NCBI GenBank assembly: GCA_965218295.1
Contig: CBDCKN010000014.1
Span: 107,770-171,769, forward strand
Reading direction: 5' to 3'
Length of the DNA stretch: 64,000 nucleotides
From: Longimicrobiales bacterium
GTDB taxonomy: Bacteria; Gemmatimonadota; Gemmatimonadetes; Longimicrobiales; Gaopeijiaceae
Shown: positions 20,462-30,383 of the stretch, one piece after another
How positions within the stretch are numbered: position 1 is the stretch's first letter
How the letters are laid out: each line of letters opens with the position of its first letter
Notes under the pieces: model-generated
The model's input: the letters and a program-made list of their open reading frames with translations, nothing else
Told to the model about the DNA's origin: nothing
The model's database searches: none
Made by a program: the position numbers and the translations under genes

Positions 20462-21465
20462 CGCAGGTCGCCGTCGTGGGCGCCGGAAGCTGGGGCACGG
20501 CCTTGGCTGCACTTCTGGCCAAGAAAGGACACGAGGTGCGGCTGTGGGCGTACGAGCCGGAGGTCGCTGAGGAGATTAAAGGGCTGGGCGAGAACCGAAC
20601 TTACTTACCCGGCGTCAAGCTGCCCTTGAACCTAGAGTGCACGACGGACATGGAGACGGCACTGGGTGACGCCGGCGTCGTGCTTTCGGTGAGCCCGTCC
20701 CAGTTCGTAGGCACCGTCATGGTTGAGGCGGCCGCCTATATGCGGGACGACGCCCTCGTGGTGAGCGCGTCGAAGGGGATCGAGACGTCCACGCTCCGAC
20801 GAATGGACGAGGTCCTGTCGAGCGTCCTGGGTCGTGCCCAGATGGAGGGCTTCAGCGCTCTTTCCGGGCCGAGCTTCGCCGTCGAGGTGGCTCAAGAGGC
20901 GCCGACCGCCGTGGTGGTGGCCAGTAGCTCGGAGGAGGCGGCCCTCCAGGTACAGGACCTCTTCCAGACCGGGCACTTCCGTGTGTACACCGGGACCGAC
21001 GTGGTTGGCGTGGAGCTGGGTGGAGCGCTCAAGAATGTCATCGCACTAGGGGCCGGGGTGACGGCGGGATTGGGCTTTGGACACAACACCCTGGCGGCCC
21101 TCATGACCCGAGGGTTGGCGGAGATTCGCAGGCTGGGAGTCGCCATGGGCGCTCAGGCGTCCACCTTCTCGGGCCTGGCCGGCATGGGAGACCTGGTCCT
21201 CACGTGCACGGGATCTTTGAGCAGGAACCGCACAGTCGGGTATCGCCTCGGTCAGGGCGAGGCCCTCGAGTCGATCCTCGGCGACATGACGGCGGTGGCC
21301 GAGGGGGTCAGGACGGCCCAGGCCGTGCATGATCTCGCCGAGCGTTACGGGGTAGAGATGCCCATCGCGGAAGAGGTCTACGGGATGCTGGTGTTAGGGA
21401 CCGAGCCGAGACAGGCGCTGCAGAACCTCATGGAGCGAGACCCGAAGCCCGAAGAGTGGTACTAG
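20458..21465 (+). CDS. gpsA: NAD(P)H-dependent glycerol-3-phosphate dehydrogenase
   Basis: GAGSWGTA, SGPSFA, GALKNV, GDLVLTC..SRN. Confidence 0.97.
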   Translation: MTQVAVVGAGSWGTALAALLAKKGHEVRLWAYEPEVAEEIKGLGENRTYLPGVKLPLNLECTTDMETALGDAGVVLSVSPSQFVGTVMVEAAAYMRDDALVVSASKGIETSTLRRMDEVLSSVLGRAQMEGFSALSGPSFAVEVAQEAPTAVVVASSSEEAALQVQDLFQTGHFRVYTGTDVVGVELGGALKNVIALGAGVTAGLGFGHNTLAALMTRGLAEIRRLGVAMGAQASTFSGLAGMGDLVLTCTGSLSRNRTVGYRLGQGEALESILGDMTAVAEGVRTAQAVHDLAERYGVEMPIAEEVYGMLVLGTEPRQALQNLMERDPKPEEWY

Positions 21466-21650
21466 CGTTCTTGGTTCAGCATCGCGGGCACCGCGCCCGA
21501 AGGCCGTGGTCCGAGGAGGAGGAACGCGAGGGCGGATGCATCGGTGCTCGAGCCGAGAGACCTTCATGCTCGTCGTGAGCGCCGAGTTGAACGCGAGACG
21601 ATCGAGCGCAGCGAGATCAATGGCCGAGACACTTCTGGGACACCACACTA
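21463..21650. repeat. MITE-like repeat, long-interior variant (partial), related in inverted orientation to 41865-42168
   Basis: Near-identical reverse-complement match to much of 41865-42060; ends ggccgagacacttctgggacaccacacta; begins at the gpsA TAG. Confidence 0.85.
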
Positions 21651-21665
21651 GCGACAGGGGGAGTG

Positions 21666-22040
21666 ATGATGGATGAGCCCATCGCCAAGAAGGAGTACTA
21701 CTCCATCGGTGAGGTTTGTGAGCTCACCGGCCTCAAGCCTCACGTCCTCCGGTACTGGGAGACGCAGTTCGAGCTCCTGCACCCCACCAAGAACCGGGCC
21801 GGTAACCGGGTATTCCGTCCCAAGGAGATCGAGCTGGTGCTCCTGGTGAAGCACCTGCTCTACGAGAAGAAGTTCACGATCGACGGGGCCCGGCAGAAGC
21901 TGCTCGACATGCGGCAGCGGGGCGAGATTACGGAGAGCAAGAAGGACGTGGTGGACCAGGAATTCCTGGGCGGAATGAAGCAGGACCTGAATCACCTCAA
22001 GGAGGTTCTCACCGCCCCGCCGAGTCGGCTTCCGTCCTGA
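21666..22040 (+). CDS. MerR family transcriptional regulator
   Basis: YYSIGEV..LKPHVLRYWETQF, FTIDGAR. Confidence 0.92.
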   Translation: MMDEPIAKKEYYSIGEVCELTGLKPHVLRYWETQFELLHPTKNRAGNRVFRPKEIELVLLVKHLLYEKKFTIDGARQKLLDMRQRGEITESKKDVVDQEFLGGMKQDLNHLKEVLTAPPSRLPS

Positions 22041-22789
22041 TGCGGATCCTCTGCACCAACGACGATGGATATTTGGCGTTGGGCATCCGCGTCTTGGCCT
22101 CGGCCGCCCGGAACTTCGGCGAGGTCACCATCGTGGCCCCCGATCGCGAGCAGAGTGCCACGAGTCACTCGCTGACGCTTCATCACCCGCTCAGGGCCCG
22201 ACGCTCCGCGGACGGCGCCCTGGTCGTAGACGGGACGCCCACCGATTGCGTCATCCTAGCGGTGAACGAGCTTCTGGAGGCTCGGCCGGACATATGCCTC
22301 TCGGGTGTCAACCACGGCCCGAACATGGGCGAGGACGTGCTCTACTCGGGAACGGTGGCTGCCGCCATGGAGGCCACGGTCATCGGGATACCGGCCATTG
22401 CCATCTCGTATGCCGGTGACTTTTTCGAGGATCTCGAGGCGTGGGAGCCGATTCTCGTGGAGCTTCTGAGAGGCATCGTCGACCAGGATGAGCTTCCAAA
22501 GGACACGTTGTTCAACGTGAACCTTCCTGGGGTGGATCCCGGCAACGTAAAAGGCATCCGCGTGACGTCCCTGGGGAAGCGGCGATACAGTGACAGCCTC
22601 ACCCGAGCCCTCGATCCGTCGGGCAAGGAGTATTACTGGATCGGCGGTGGCGAGATCAGCTGGAGTGGAGACGTGGACTCGGACTTCGGGGTGGTCCACG
22701 AGGGGTATGTGTCCGTGACGCCGCTCCACCTCGACCTGACCAACTACCGGCTCCTCGAGGAGATTCGTGGGTGGCAGCTGACTCTCTAG
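22040..22789 (+). CDS. surE: 5'/3'-nucleotidase SurE
   Basis: TNDDG, GTPTDCV, SGVNHGPN, YSGTVAAA. Confidence 0.97.
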   Translation: MRILCTNDDGYLALGIRVLASAARNFGEVTIVAPDREQSATSHSLTLHHPLRARRSADGALVVDGTPTDCVILAVNELLEARPDICLSGVNHGPNMGEDVLYSGTVAAAMEATVIGIPAIAISYAGDFFEDLEAWEPILVELLRGIVDQDELPKDTLFNVNLPGVDPGNVKGIRVTSLGKRRYSDSLTRALDPSGKEYYWIGGGEISWSGDVDSDFGVVHEGYVSVTPLHLDLTNYRLLEEIRGWQLTL

Positions 22790-23457
22790 ACGATCGAAGC
22801 TTCGCCGGCTACCGGCGCAAGCTCATCGAGGAGATCCGGGAGCACGGCATCGACGACCTGGAGATCCTCCACCTCTTCGACCAGGTGCCCCGCCACCTGT
22901 TCGTGCCCCAGGGCGTTTGGTCCAGAGCGTACGAGGACGCCCCGATCCCCATCGGGTACTCGCAGACGGCTTCCCAGCCGTCGCTTCAGGCCCTTTACCT
23001 CTCGATCCTGAAACCCACCACCGACGAGACCGTGCTCGAGATCGGTACCGGAAGCGGGTATCTGACGGCCTTGTTGGCTCTGACGGCGAACCGCGTGTAC
23101 TCGGTGGAGCGGGTACGGGAGCTCTCGGCGCGTGCGCGGGTGGCTCTGGACGAGCTACGTCTGAAGAACGTGGCCCTCATGGTGGGAGATGGGACGATCG
23201 GATGGAGGAAGTATGCTCCCTTCGACGTCATCGTGGTGTCCGCCGCGTCCCCATCGATTCCCAAGGCCTTCCTGGATCAACTGGGCGAGGGAGGCCGCAT
23301 GCTCATCCCTGTGGGATCGAGAGAACACCAGGAGCTCATCCTCGTTCGCCGAGAGGATGGAGAGATCCAGCAGGAGGTGATCCAGGGCGGGTGCACCTTC
23401 GTGCCGCTTCTCGGCCGGTTCGCGTGGGCTTCGGAGCATCCGGAGGCCGGCGCTTGA
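22771..23457 (+). CDS. pcm: protein-L-isoaspartate O-methyltransferase
   Basis: VPRHLFVP, LEIGTGSGY, APFDVI, FVPLLG; follows surE. Confidence 0.95.
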   Translation: MAADSLDDRSFAGYRRKLIEEIREHGIDDLEILHLFDQVPRHLFVPQGVWSRAYEDAPIPIGYSQTASQPSLQALYLSILKPTTDETVLEIGTGSGYLTALLALTANRVYSVERVRELSARARVALDELRLKNVALMVGDGTIGWRKYAPFDVIVVSAASPSIPKAFLDQLGEGGRMLIPVGSREHQELILVRREDGEIQQEVIQGGCTFVPLLGRFAWASEHPEAGA

Positions 23458-24074
23458 CCTCTCTTGTGGCCGAGAGGCGCAAGGGGCCCATCCGCAGACT
23501 CTACGACTGGGTGCTCCACTGGGCCGATACTCCCTACGGGCTACCCGCACTGGGTGCGCTTGCCCTGGCGGAGTCATCGGTCTTTCCCATCCCGCCCGAT
23601 CCGCTGCTCATGGCGCTCTGCCTGGGTGCTGCGTCACGATCGCTCAGGTTCGCCGGGGTCGCCACGGCAGCTTCCGTCATCGGAGGCATGATCGGGTACG
23701 GGATCGGCTCGCTGGTCTGGCTCGGAGTGTCGGACTTCTTCTTCACGTACGTTCCGGGTGTCACGCCCGACGCGTTCGGCAGCGTCCAGAGCCTATACGA
23801 GCGGTGGGACTTCTGGGCCGTGTTCATGGCCGGACTCACGCCGATCCCCTACAAGGTCTTCACCATTTCGGCCGGTGTGTTCGCCATCAACTTCCCGGTC
23901 TTCGTGCTGGCCAGCGTCCTGAGCCGTGGACTCAGGTTCTTCCTCGTTGCCGGCCTGATCTACCGGTTTGGATCGTCCATAAGCTCCTTTATCGACCGCT
24001 ACTTCAGCCCCCTCACCTGGGCTTTCGGCTTTCTGGTGGTCTTGGGCTTCGTGCTCGTCGAGTTCGTTCTCTGA
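23454..24074 (+). CDS. YqaA/DedA family membrane protein
   Basis: AESSVFPIPPDPLL, TPIPYKVF, SRGLRFF. Confidence 0.9.
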   Translation: MTSLVAERRKGPIRRLYDWVLHWADTPYGLPALGALALAESSVFPIPPDPLLMALCLGAASRSLRFAGVATAASVIGGMIGYGIGSLVWLGVSDFFFTYVPGVTPDAFGSVQSLYERWDFWAVFMAGLTPIPYKVFTISAGVFAINFPVFVLASVLSRGLRFFLVAGLIYRFGSSISSFIDRYFSPLTWAFGFLVVLGFVLVEFVL

Positions 24075-24167
24075 GAAATACGTTTGTTAGCAGGGTCGTG
24101 GGAGGCCTATATTGACTGTGTGGAGCAGCCCCCAGCTGCAAGGTCCCCAGTCGGTCGGAGAACTTCT

Positions 24168-24575
24168 ATGAGCGACGAGGCAGGATCCGAGCGGGAGATG
24201 ATCGAGGCGGAGTCGACCAATGAGGACGGTCGCTTGACCGACGACGTCGAGATCCCGGAGGAAGCGTTCATCTCTCCGGACGAGCCCCTCGTTCGGGATA
24301 AGTTTCGAGATGCACTGATCTCTCCGGACGAGCCCATCGAACGAGGCGACGACGACGGTGGCGTCGTGGTGGGCATGGACGGAACGAGCGAGCACGAGTC
24401 GGTCCGCTTCTCCGGTGTGCATCTGGAGCCGGAGCAAATGGCCGCGGTCTTGGAGGACGTGGCGGCGGGGCTGAGGGAGCACGGGATCAACGGTCTTCGG
24501 CCGACGCCCGGCACGCCCCACTTCGAGAGCGTGCTCAAGGCCTATATCGCCGGATACTATTCGACTGACTACTGA
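24168..24575 (+). CDS. acidic hypothetical protein
   Basis: ATG with GGAGA RBS; internal ISPDEP duplication. Confidence 0.65.
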   Translation: MSDEAGSEREMIEAESTNEDGRLTDDVEIPEEAFISPDEPLVRDKFRDALISPDEPIERGDDDGGVVVGMDGTSEHESVRFSGVHLEPEQMAAVLEDVAAGLREHGINGLRPTPGTPHFESVLKAYIAGYYSTDY

Positions 24576-24695
24576 CCGACTGGCTGGTGATCGACTGATT
24601 ACTGATCGCCGGGGGCGTTGTCATGCCCCAGACGGAATCGACCCTCGCGGCCTGGTGGCCCCGGGGGTCGACGCGTTGGTGCCGTCGCGGGCCTT

Positions 24696-25469
24696 ATGGA
24701 GCAAATGAGACCGATGATCGCGGTGGCGGCGCTGCTCGTGCTGGGGTTAGCGAGCCTTTTGAGCGCTCCTGCGGTCGGGCGCGCGCAGGAGGTGGTGCCG
24801 GACTGGCTGCTGAGCGTCCGTCTTCCGAACGCGGGCGCCAAGTCCGTCATGACTCCCACCGGATGGGGTGCGGCCTACGGCTCTATCTTCGCCGGCGCAG
24901 GGGTGTCCGAGCGGAATCCCTATCTGCCCAGTTCGGATGGCGTGATGGCGCTGGGCGTCGGGGTCGGGGATCCTGTGCTCAATGCCGGCCTCCAGCTTGG
25001 AGTTACGGTCTCCGACCTCAGCGAGTTTGACAACTATGCATACTCGTTCAAGCTGCATCGCTACTTAGGGCGGGGAACCGCCATCGCAGTGGGTGGCGAG
25101 AGCCTGCTGACCGGTGGTCCCCTCGTCGATGACTTAGGCGAGACGTTCTATCTGGTGGTGAGCCACGTCGTACAAGGGGTGGCATCGCCCCGCCCCGGTG
25201 TCGGCCGTCTCCACTTGAGCGCCGGCGTGGGGTCTGGGCGCTTTGCCAATAGGAGCCCCCGGGACACGTCGGAGGGGAAGGGTGAGAACGGGACCTGGGT
25301 GTTCGGCAACGCGGCCGTGGAAGTGGCGAAGGACCTGAACGTCCTCGTGGAGTGGAGCGGGATCAACCTCCATGCGGGCGTGAGCAAGGCGTTTCAGGTC
25401 GGCGACGTGGCGATCTCGCTTTCGTTGGCCGCTGCGGACTCGAGACGGCTCCCTGGAGGCGGATTTTGA
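24696..25469 (+). CDS. secreted/outer-membrane beta-rich hypothetical protein, probably 3'-truncated
   Basis: Signal peptide, TPTGWGA, GVGSGRF, VEWSG strands; tail after ~25438 looks unrelated. Confidence 0.6.
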   Translation: MEQMRPMIAVAALLVLGLASLLSAPAVGRAQEVVPDWLLSVRLPNAGAKSVMTPTGWGAAYGSIFAGAGVSERNPYLPSSDGVMALGVGVGDPVLNAGLQLGVTVSDLSEFDNYAYSFKLHRYLGRGTAIAVGGESLLTGGPLVDDLGETFYLVVSHVVQGVASPRPGVGRLHLSAGVGSGRFANRSPRDTSEGKGENGTWVFGNAAVEVAKDLNVLVEWSGINLHAGVSKAFQVGDVAISLSLAAADSRRLPGGGF

Positions 25470-25569
25470 ACGCGGATCGGCGAGGGTCGGTGCTGATCGG
25501 CGAGTGCACATCAGACAACGGGGTGCATGTGCACCGAAACGCCATTTCCATGTGCGCGCCAGCGCTCCC

Positions 25570-26139
25570 TTATGTGGCTGGCTGTCTTACAGTTTCGTCT
25601 GAAGCGGGATCACCGACGATGAGCGGGGTGTCCCCGATCTCGCTTCGCAGGTAGTCGACCTGGTCGCGCTTCTCGCAGATCAGCACGACCTGTCTCCGGA
25701 CCGACAGGAGCTCTCTGGTGGTGTAGGCAGCCGTATCTCCTGCCCCGCACACGATCAAGTGCCCCGACATGCTTGCGATGGTCTTCTCCAACTTCCGTCT
25801 CCTGAAGACGTGCCCGATCTGTCCCTCGACAATGAAGGCCGTTGCGGTCGTGACAAGATAGAGCACGCCGCCCATCCCCACGAGAATGAGTAAGACCGTG
25901 AAGATCCGCCCGCCGGGACGGGCCGTCATGTCCACGATTTCACCAAACCCCACCGTGGTGAGGGTGATGGCCGTCATGTAGAAGGCATCCACCCAGCCGA
26001 CGCCTGGGTCGATGACGCGATATCCGACGATCCCCACGAGCATGACGGCGAGGATGAACAGTGCGGCGGAGCCCAGGCGGAGCCTCAGCTGTCGCAGATC
26101 CTCATCCAGTTCGGTGGGCGAGACGTCGTATACGTTCAA
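25570..26139 (-). pseudogene. two-TM potassium channel with truncated TrkA-N (RCK) domain
   Basis: TTVGFG selectivity filter, HLIVCGAG; stops just after IVGDPASDE. Confidence 0.75.
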
Positions 26140-26299
26140 GATCTCGTGGGAGCAGAGGGACGGGCGGGGCGATCCTGGTCAGTGCCGCGTAAATCTGCCC
26201 CCCGGATCCGCCGAAAAGCAAGGAAGTCCGCCGTGTGTAGGTCCTGCGCTGGCGTATCATTGCCCCACCCCGACGACCAGGGCATGTTTCCGCACCTCG

Positions 26300-26336
26300 A
26301 GTGTTCCGATGCCGAGACTTTGGTAACGGAACACCA
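26300..26336. repeat. minimal MITE-like copy
   Basis: agtgttccgatgccgagactttggtaacggaacacca resembles the two family ends joined. Confidence 0.65.
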
Positions 26337-26384
26337 GATCACAAGCAGACGCTCCAGAGCAAGGCACCGAGCATTGGCTCGTTC

Positions 26385-26460
26385 TCGATATCTGTCAGGT
26401 GGCCTGCTACTACAATTACGTCAACCGCCTGACCGACGGACTGGGCCTCGAACTGGAGGC
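26385..26460 (+). pseudogene. C-terminal remnant of an AhpD/peroxidase-related enzyme
   Basis: DICQVACYYNYVNRLTDGLGLELE motif without N-terminus. Confidence 0.5.
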
Positions 26461-26609
26461 CAATTGGAGGGGAAGAGGACTACACCCTCACCAAGGCCGA
26501 ATTCGAAGAGCAGCGAAGGACAGCGAATGATCCGGAGGCGGGGACCCGCCCCTCCGGCGATGCGCCGGGGGGGGATGGTCCCTGGGACCGCGAGCGAGCG
26601 AGGAGTGCG

Positions 26610-26928
26610 ATGATCGAGCTCACGGGCCGCCATGCTCGACGGAAGCGACGCGGTTGCCGACTGGCCCATTCTGAACGCTCTCCTGAATACGGCGTCGGGA
26701 GCGAGCTGGGTGTCGTTCCATCACGGCGGTGGCGTCGGCATCGGCAACTCGCTCCATGCCGGCCAGGTCCTGGTGGCCGACGGCTCGGCCGAAATGTCTG
26801 AGCGGATCCGTCGGGTACTCACCGACGATCCCGGTATCGGCGTCGTACGACACGCCGATGCGGGCTACCAGAAGGCGGTGGAGACCGCCGCGCGAGAGGG
26901 GCTTCTTATTCCAATGCAGGAGAGCTGA
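26610..26928 (+). pseudogene. hutU: deletion scar: first ~6 codons of a probable hutH joined to the last ~100 codons of urocanate hydratase
   Basis: GAGGAG-ATG MIELTG start, then out of frame [18 protein letters not shown]...HHGGGVGIG...[10 protein letters not shown]. Confidence 0.85.
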
Positions 26929-26934
26929 CAACTC

Positions 26935-28782
26935 ATGTCTCAACCGATCGTCGAGTGTGTCCCCAACTTCTCCGAAGGAAGGAACCCCGCCGTCCTGAAG
27001 GAGATCACCAACGCCATCGAGGCCGTCGCCGGCGTCCACCTTCTCGACGTGGATCCGGGGACCAATACCAACAGAACCGTGGTCACTTTCGTCGGTGCCC
27101 CCGATGCGGTCGAAAACGCCGCCTTCCAGTGCGTGGCCAGGGCTGCCCAGCTCATCGACATGCGGGAGCACCAGGGGGAGCATCCCAGGATGGGGGCCAC
27201 CGACGTCGTGCCCTTCGTGCCGGTGTCCGGTGTGACCATGGAAGAGTGCGTCGCCATGGCTCAACGTGTTGGAAAGCGCATCGGCGAGGAGCTTGACATT
27301 CCGGTCTTCCTCTACGAGCAGGCGGCTACCCGTCCGGAGCGGCAAAACCTCGCACAGGTGCGGTCCGGTGAGTACGAGGGCATGGCCGAGAAGCTCAAGG
27401 ATCCGGACTGGCATCCGGACTTCGGGCCACAGGTACTCAATCCGGGCGCTGGAGCCACCTGTGTGGGCGCCCGGGAATTCCTGATCGCGTACAACATCAA
27501 CCTGAACTCCACCGACCGGCGCTGCGCCAACGACATTGCCTACGCGCTCCGGGAACGGGGGCGGTGGAAGCGGGGGGGCAACACCGATCCGTTCTACTAC
27601 AAGGGCGAGGTCGTGCGCTTCCCCGAGGATGGTACCTACCCCTGCGGTCCCTGCGACTTCGTGGGCGGGAGCTTCGGGGAGCTGGAGACCCACTACCGGG
27701 ACGTTCACGGGGGGGATCTTCGGGCGCGCTACCAGGCCCTGGACATCGATCCCGAGGCCCCGTCCGGCCCCGTCTTCGACGACGGCCTGTTTACGGATGT
27801 AAAGGCCATCGGCTGGGTGATCGAAGAGTACAACAAGGCTCAGATCAGCATCAACTTCACGAACTTCAAGGTGAGCCCTCCTCATGAGGTGCTGGAGGCG
27901 GCTCGGGAAGAAGCGCTCAAGAGGGGTGTGGTCATCACTGGCTCCGAACTTGTTGGCCTCATCCCCTTCGAAGCCCTGCGGCAGGCCGGAGTCTTCTATC
28001 GCAGACGGGCCATGAAGTCCACGGGCGTTCCGGTAGCTGATCTTCTGGAGACGGCCATCCAGTCCATGGGGTTGAGAGACGTCGCGCCCTTTGACGTTCG
28101 GGAGAAGGTCTTGGCGGCGCCCACCGTGGAGGGGCCCTTGGTCCTGCGTGCCACGTACGACTTCATCGACGAGGTTTCGCGGGAGACACCTGCCCCGGGC
28201 GGGGGATCGGTAGCCGCCCTGGCCGGTGCTCTCGGTGGGGCGTTCGTCTCGATGGTGGTGAACCTGTCGGTGGGGAAAGGCGAGTTCGACGATCGTTACG
28301 AGCAGCTGTGTTCCATCGCGGAGAGGGCTCAAGCCGTAAAGGACCTTCTCGTCAGAATGGTGGACGAGGACACACAGGCCTTCGACTCCGTCCTCACGAG
28401 CATGCGCATGCCACAGGACACCGAAGAAGAGCGGGCTCTTCGTTCCGCCGCCATCCAGGAGGGCTACAAGACGGCCACGCTCGTTCCGCTTGGGACGGCC
28501 GAGGGATGCCTGGACGCCATGAAGCTCTGTGAGGAGATGGCGGCCATGGCCACGCCCGAGATGATCAGCGACGTGGGATCGGGCGCGCTCATGGCCCATG
28601 CGGGCATCAAGGCCGCGATCTACAACGTGCGCACCAACCTCCCCAACATCTCGGACGAAGCGTTCGACAAGGACGTTCGAGGCAAGTTGGATGGCCTTCT
28701 GCAGGAAGCCGACGAAGCTGCGCGGGCGGTGGAGAAGTGCGTGGAGGCGGCGCTGGGGCTGCCAGGAATCACCAACGGATAG
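26935..28782 (+). CDS. ftcD: bifunctional glutamate formimidoyltransferase / formiminotetrahydrofolate cyclodeaminase
   Basis: ECVPNFSEGR, HPRMGATDVVPF, APGGGSVAAL, SDVGSG. Confidence 0.95.
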   Translation: MSQPIVECVPNFSEGRNPAVLKEITNAIEAVAGVHLLDVDPGTNTNRTVVTFVGAPDAVENAAFQCVARAAQLIDMREHQGEHPRMGATDVVPFVPVSGVTMEECVAMAQRVGKRIGEELDIPVFLYEQAATRPERQNLAQVRSGEYEGMAEKLKDPDWHPDFGPQVLNPGAGATCVGAREFLIAYNINLNSTDRRCANDIAYALRERGRWKRGGNTDPFYYKGEVVRFPEDGTYPCGPCDFVGGSFGELETHYRDVHGGDLRARYQALDIDPEAPSGPVFDDGLFTDVKAIGWVIEEYNKAQISINFTNFKVSPPHEVLEAAREEALKRGVVITGSELVGLIPFEALRQAGVFYRRRAMKSTGVPVADLLETAIQSMGLRDVAPFDVREKVLAAPTVEGPLVLRATYDFIDEVSRETPAPGGGSVAALAGALGGAFVSMVVNLSVGKGEFDDRYEQLCSIAERAQAVKDLLVRMVDEDTQAFDSVLTSMRMPQDTEEERALRSAAIQEGYKTATLVPLGTAEGCLDAMKLCEEMAAMATPEMISDVGSGALMAHAGIKAAIYNVRTNLPNISDEAFDKDVRGKLDGLLQEADEAARAVEKCVEAALGLPGITNG

Positions 28783-28790
28783 GACTCTCT

Positions 28791-28982
28791 TTGGCATTCG
28801 ACAGCGTTTGGCTGAATGGCCAGGTCGCCACAATGCGGAGCGGCGGCGGCGCCTACGGAGAGGTACCTGACGGTGCCGTGGCCGTGACCGGCGGTAAGAT
28901 CGAGTGGGTGGGGCGGAGGACTTGGATAGGCGCGAACCCGTGCCGGTCCATGATCAAAGAGGGAGTCGTGGTCGGGCCGTAG
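28791..28982 (+). pseudogene. hutI: imidazolonepropionase with large in-frame internal deletion
   Basis: HutI-like N-terminus (FDSVWLNGQVATM...YGEVPDGAVAVTGGKIEWVG) fused to a HutI-like C-terminus (WIGANPCRSMIKEG); 63 aa versus roughly 400 expected. Confidence 0.75.
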
Positions 28983-28983
28983 C

Positions 28984-29074
28984 TAGTGTCCCGTTACCAA
29001 AGTGTCTCGGCCAGTCGAGGGCACGGTGCATCCGACCCTCTTGGTGGCTCGCGAACTTTGGAAACGGAACATTA
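28984..29074 (-). repeat. MITE-like repeat, 91-bp form
   Basis: 20-bp imperfect TIR; near-identical reverse complement of 40520-40610; overlaps the TAA of the convergent gene. Confidence 0.9.
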
Positions 29075-30383
29075 CCCGCCCCTGGGACGTCGCACCACGC
29101 TTCGGGACCGGCCCGAGGAGCTCCCCCTCGCGGGAGCGCTACGGGCGGACGACGATCGAGAGGGCGCCGCACGGCGGGCAGAGCTCCTGCTCGGCGCCGC
29201 CGACCGGGTCGCCGGACGGCGACTGGGTGCTACGCTCCGACTCGGTGTCGGACGGGACGGCGCTCGCCGGGCCGAGCTCGGGGGTGCGCTCCTTACACGG
29301 CTCGGAGCGGTCCGAAGAGCCGACTGAGCCCGGCTCGGCGCGCGGCGAGGAGCGGGCAGGCGGGGCCGTGCGCGCCGACGGTCCCGAGCGCTGCAGGTTC
29401 GAGCGCGTGGTCGGCGACGGACGGCTGGCATCCGAGCGCCGCCTAGAGGGTGCGGTACGGGCCGAAGGGGTCGTGGCTCGGGAAGGTGCCGAACGAGCCG
29501 TGGGCCTCCGCGTCCGCGTATCCATGGAGGCCGAGCCCGCACGGCTTGGCGCACGAGCGCGCGACGCTGCGCTCGTGCGTGCGTTGGTCCGCCCTTACAG
29601 GGCGTCCGAAGGACGAGCCCTGGGCGTCATCCTCTGAGCCCCAGCAGTCCGGGTCGCGGAGGCACGAGTCCTGGGTGCCTGCACCCGACCGGCCGTCGCC
29701 CTCCGCTGGGGCGGCGTGCGTGCGGCGGTCCTCGCGCTGGACGCTGTGGTCACCGCCCGATTGTCGGCCACCCGTCTAGCCGGAGTAGCCCGTGGCGACT
29801 CCTTGTAGCCCAGCCCCGAGCCATGGAGGGCCGACCCGCCCCGTGCGTACCGTCCGGGCACTACCCTTGGCCGAACACCCGCGTAGGTCGGCAGGACGCG
29901 ACCTCTGTAGTAGGGGCCGTAGTAGCTGCTCCCATACCCATAGTCGAACCAGTTGTACGGGTAGAGACTTCCGAAGCTCAGGTGGATGCCCCCACGCCAG
30001 TGGCCGTACCCCCAGCCGTATCCCCAATAGGCGGGGTAGTAGTAATGCCAGGGAAGGTATCCGTAGGACAGGCGCACGGATCGGCGACTGTGATAGTATC
30101 CGTAATAACCCCAATCGTCGTAATAGCCAGGATCGTAGTAGCTGTGGCGGCAGGGGTAGGCGTACCAGTCGTAGTAGGTGTAGTCCCAGCACGGATCGTG
30201 GTACTCGATATCGTACCAGGAACCCACGCTCGAATAGGACAGCCCCACTCCCAAGCCCACACCGTGGGTGCCGACGCCTAGCGAGAAGGAGAAATTGCTC
30301 CAGGAATACTGTCCAGCCGCCGCGTCGGGACGGCAAACGAGGGCGAAGCCGAGTATCAGAGCCGTTGCGACCAGCTTGCGCAC
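29072..30383 (-). CDS. secreted Tyr/Gly/Trp-rich protein with long Arg/Ser/Ala/Pro low-complexity tail; apparent frameshift(s) in the tail
   Basis: Signal peptide, YYDDWGYYGYY-type region (ORF 29595-30434); (T)APSR repeats in ORFs 29139-29525 and 29072-29554. Confidence 0.6.
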
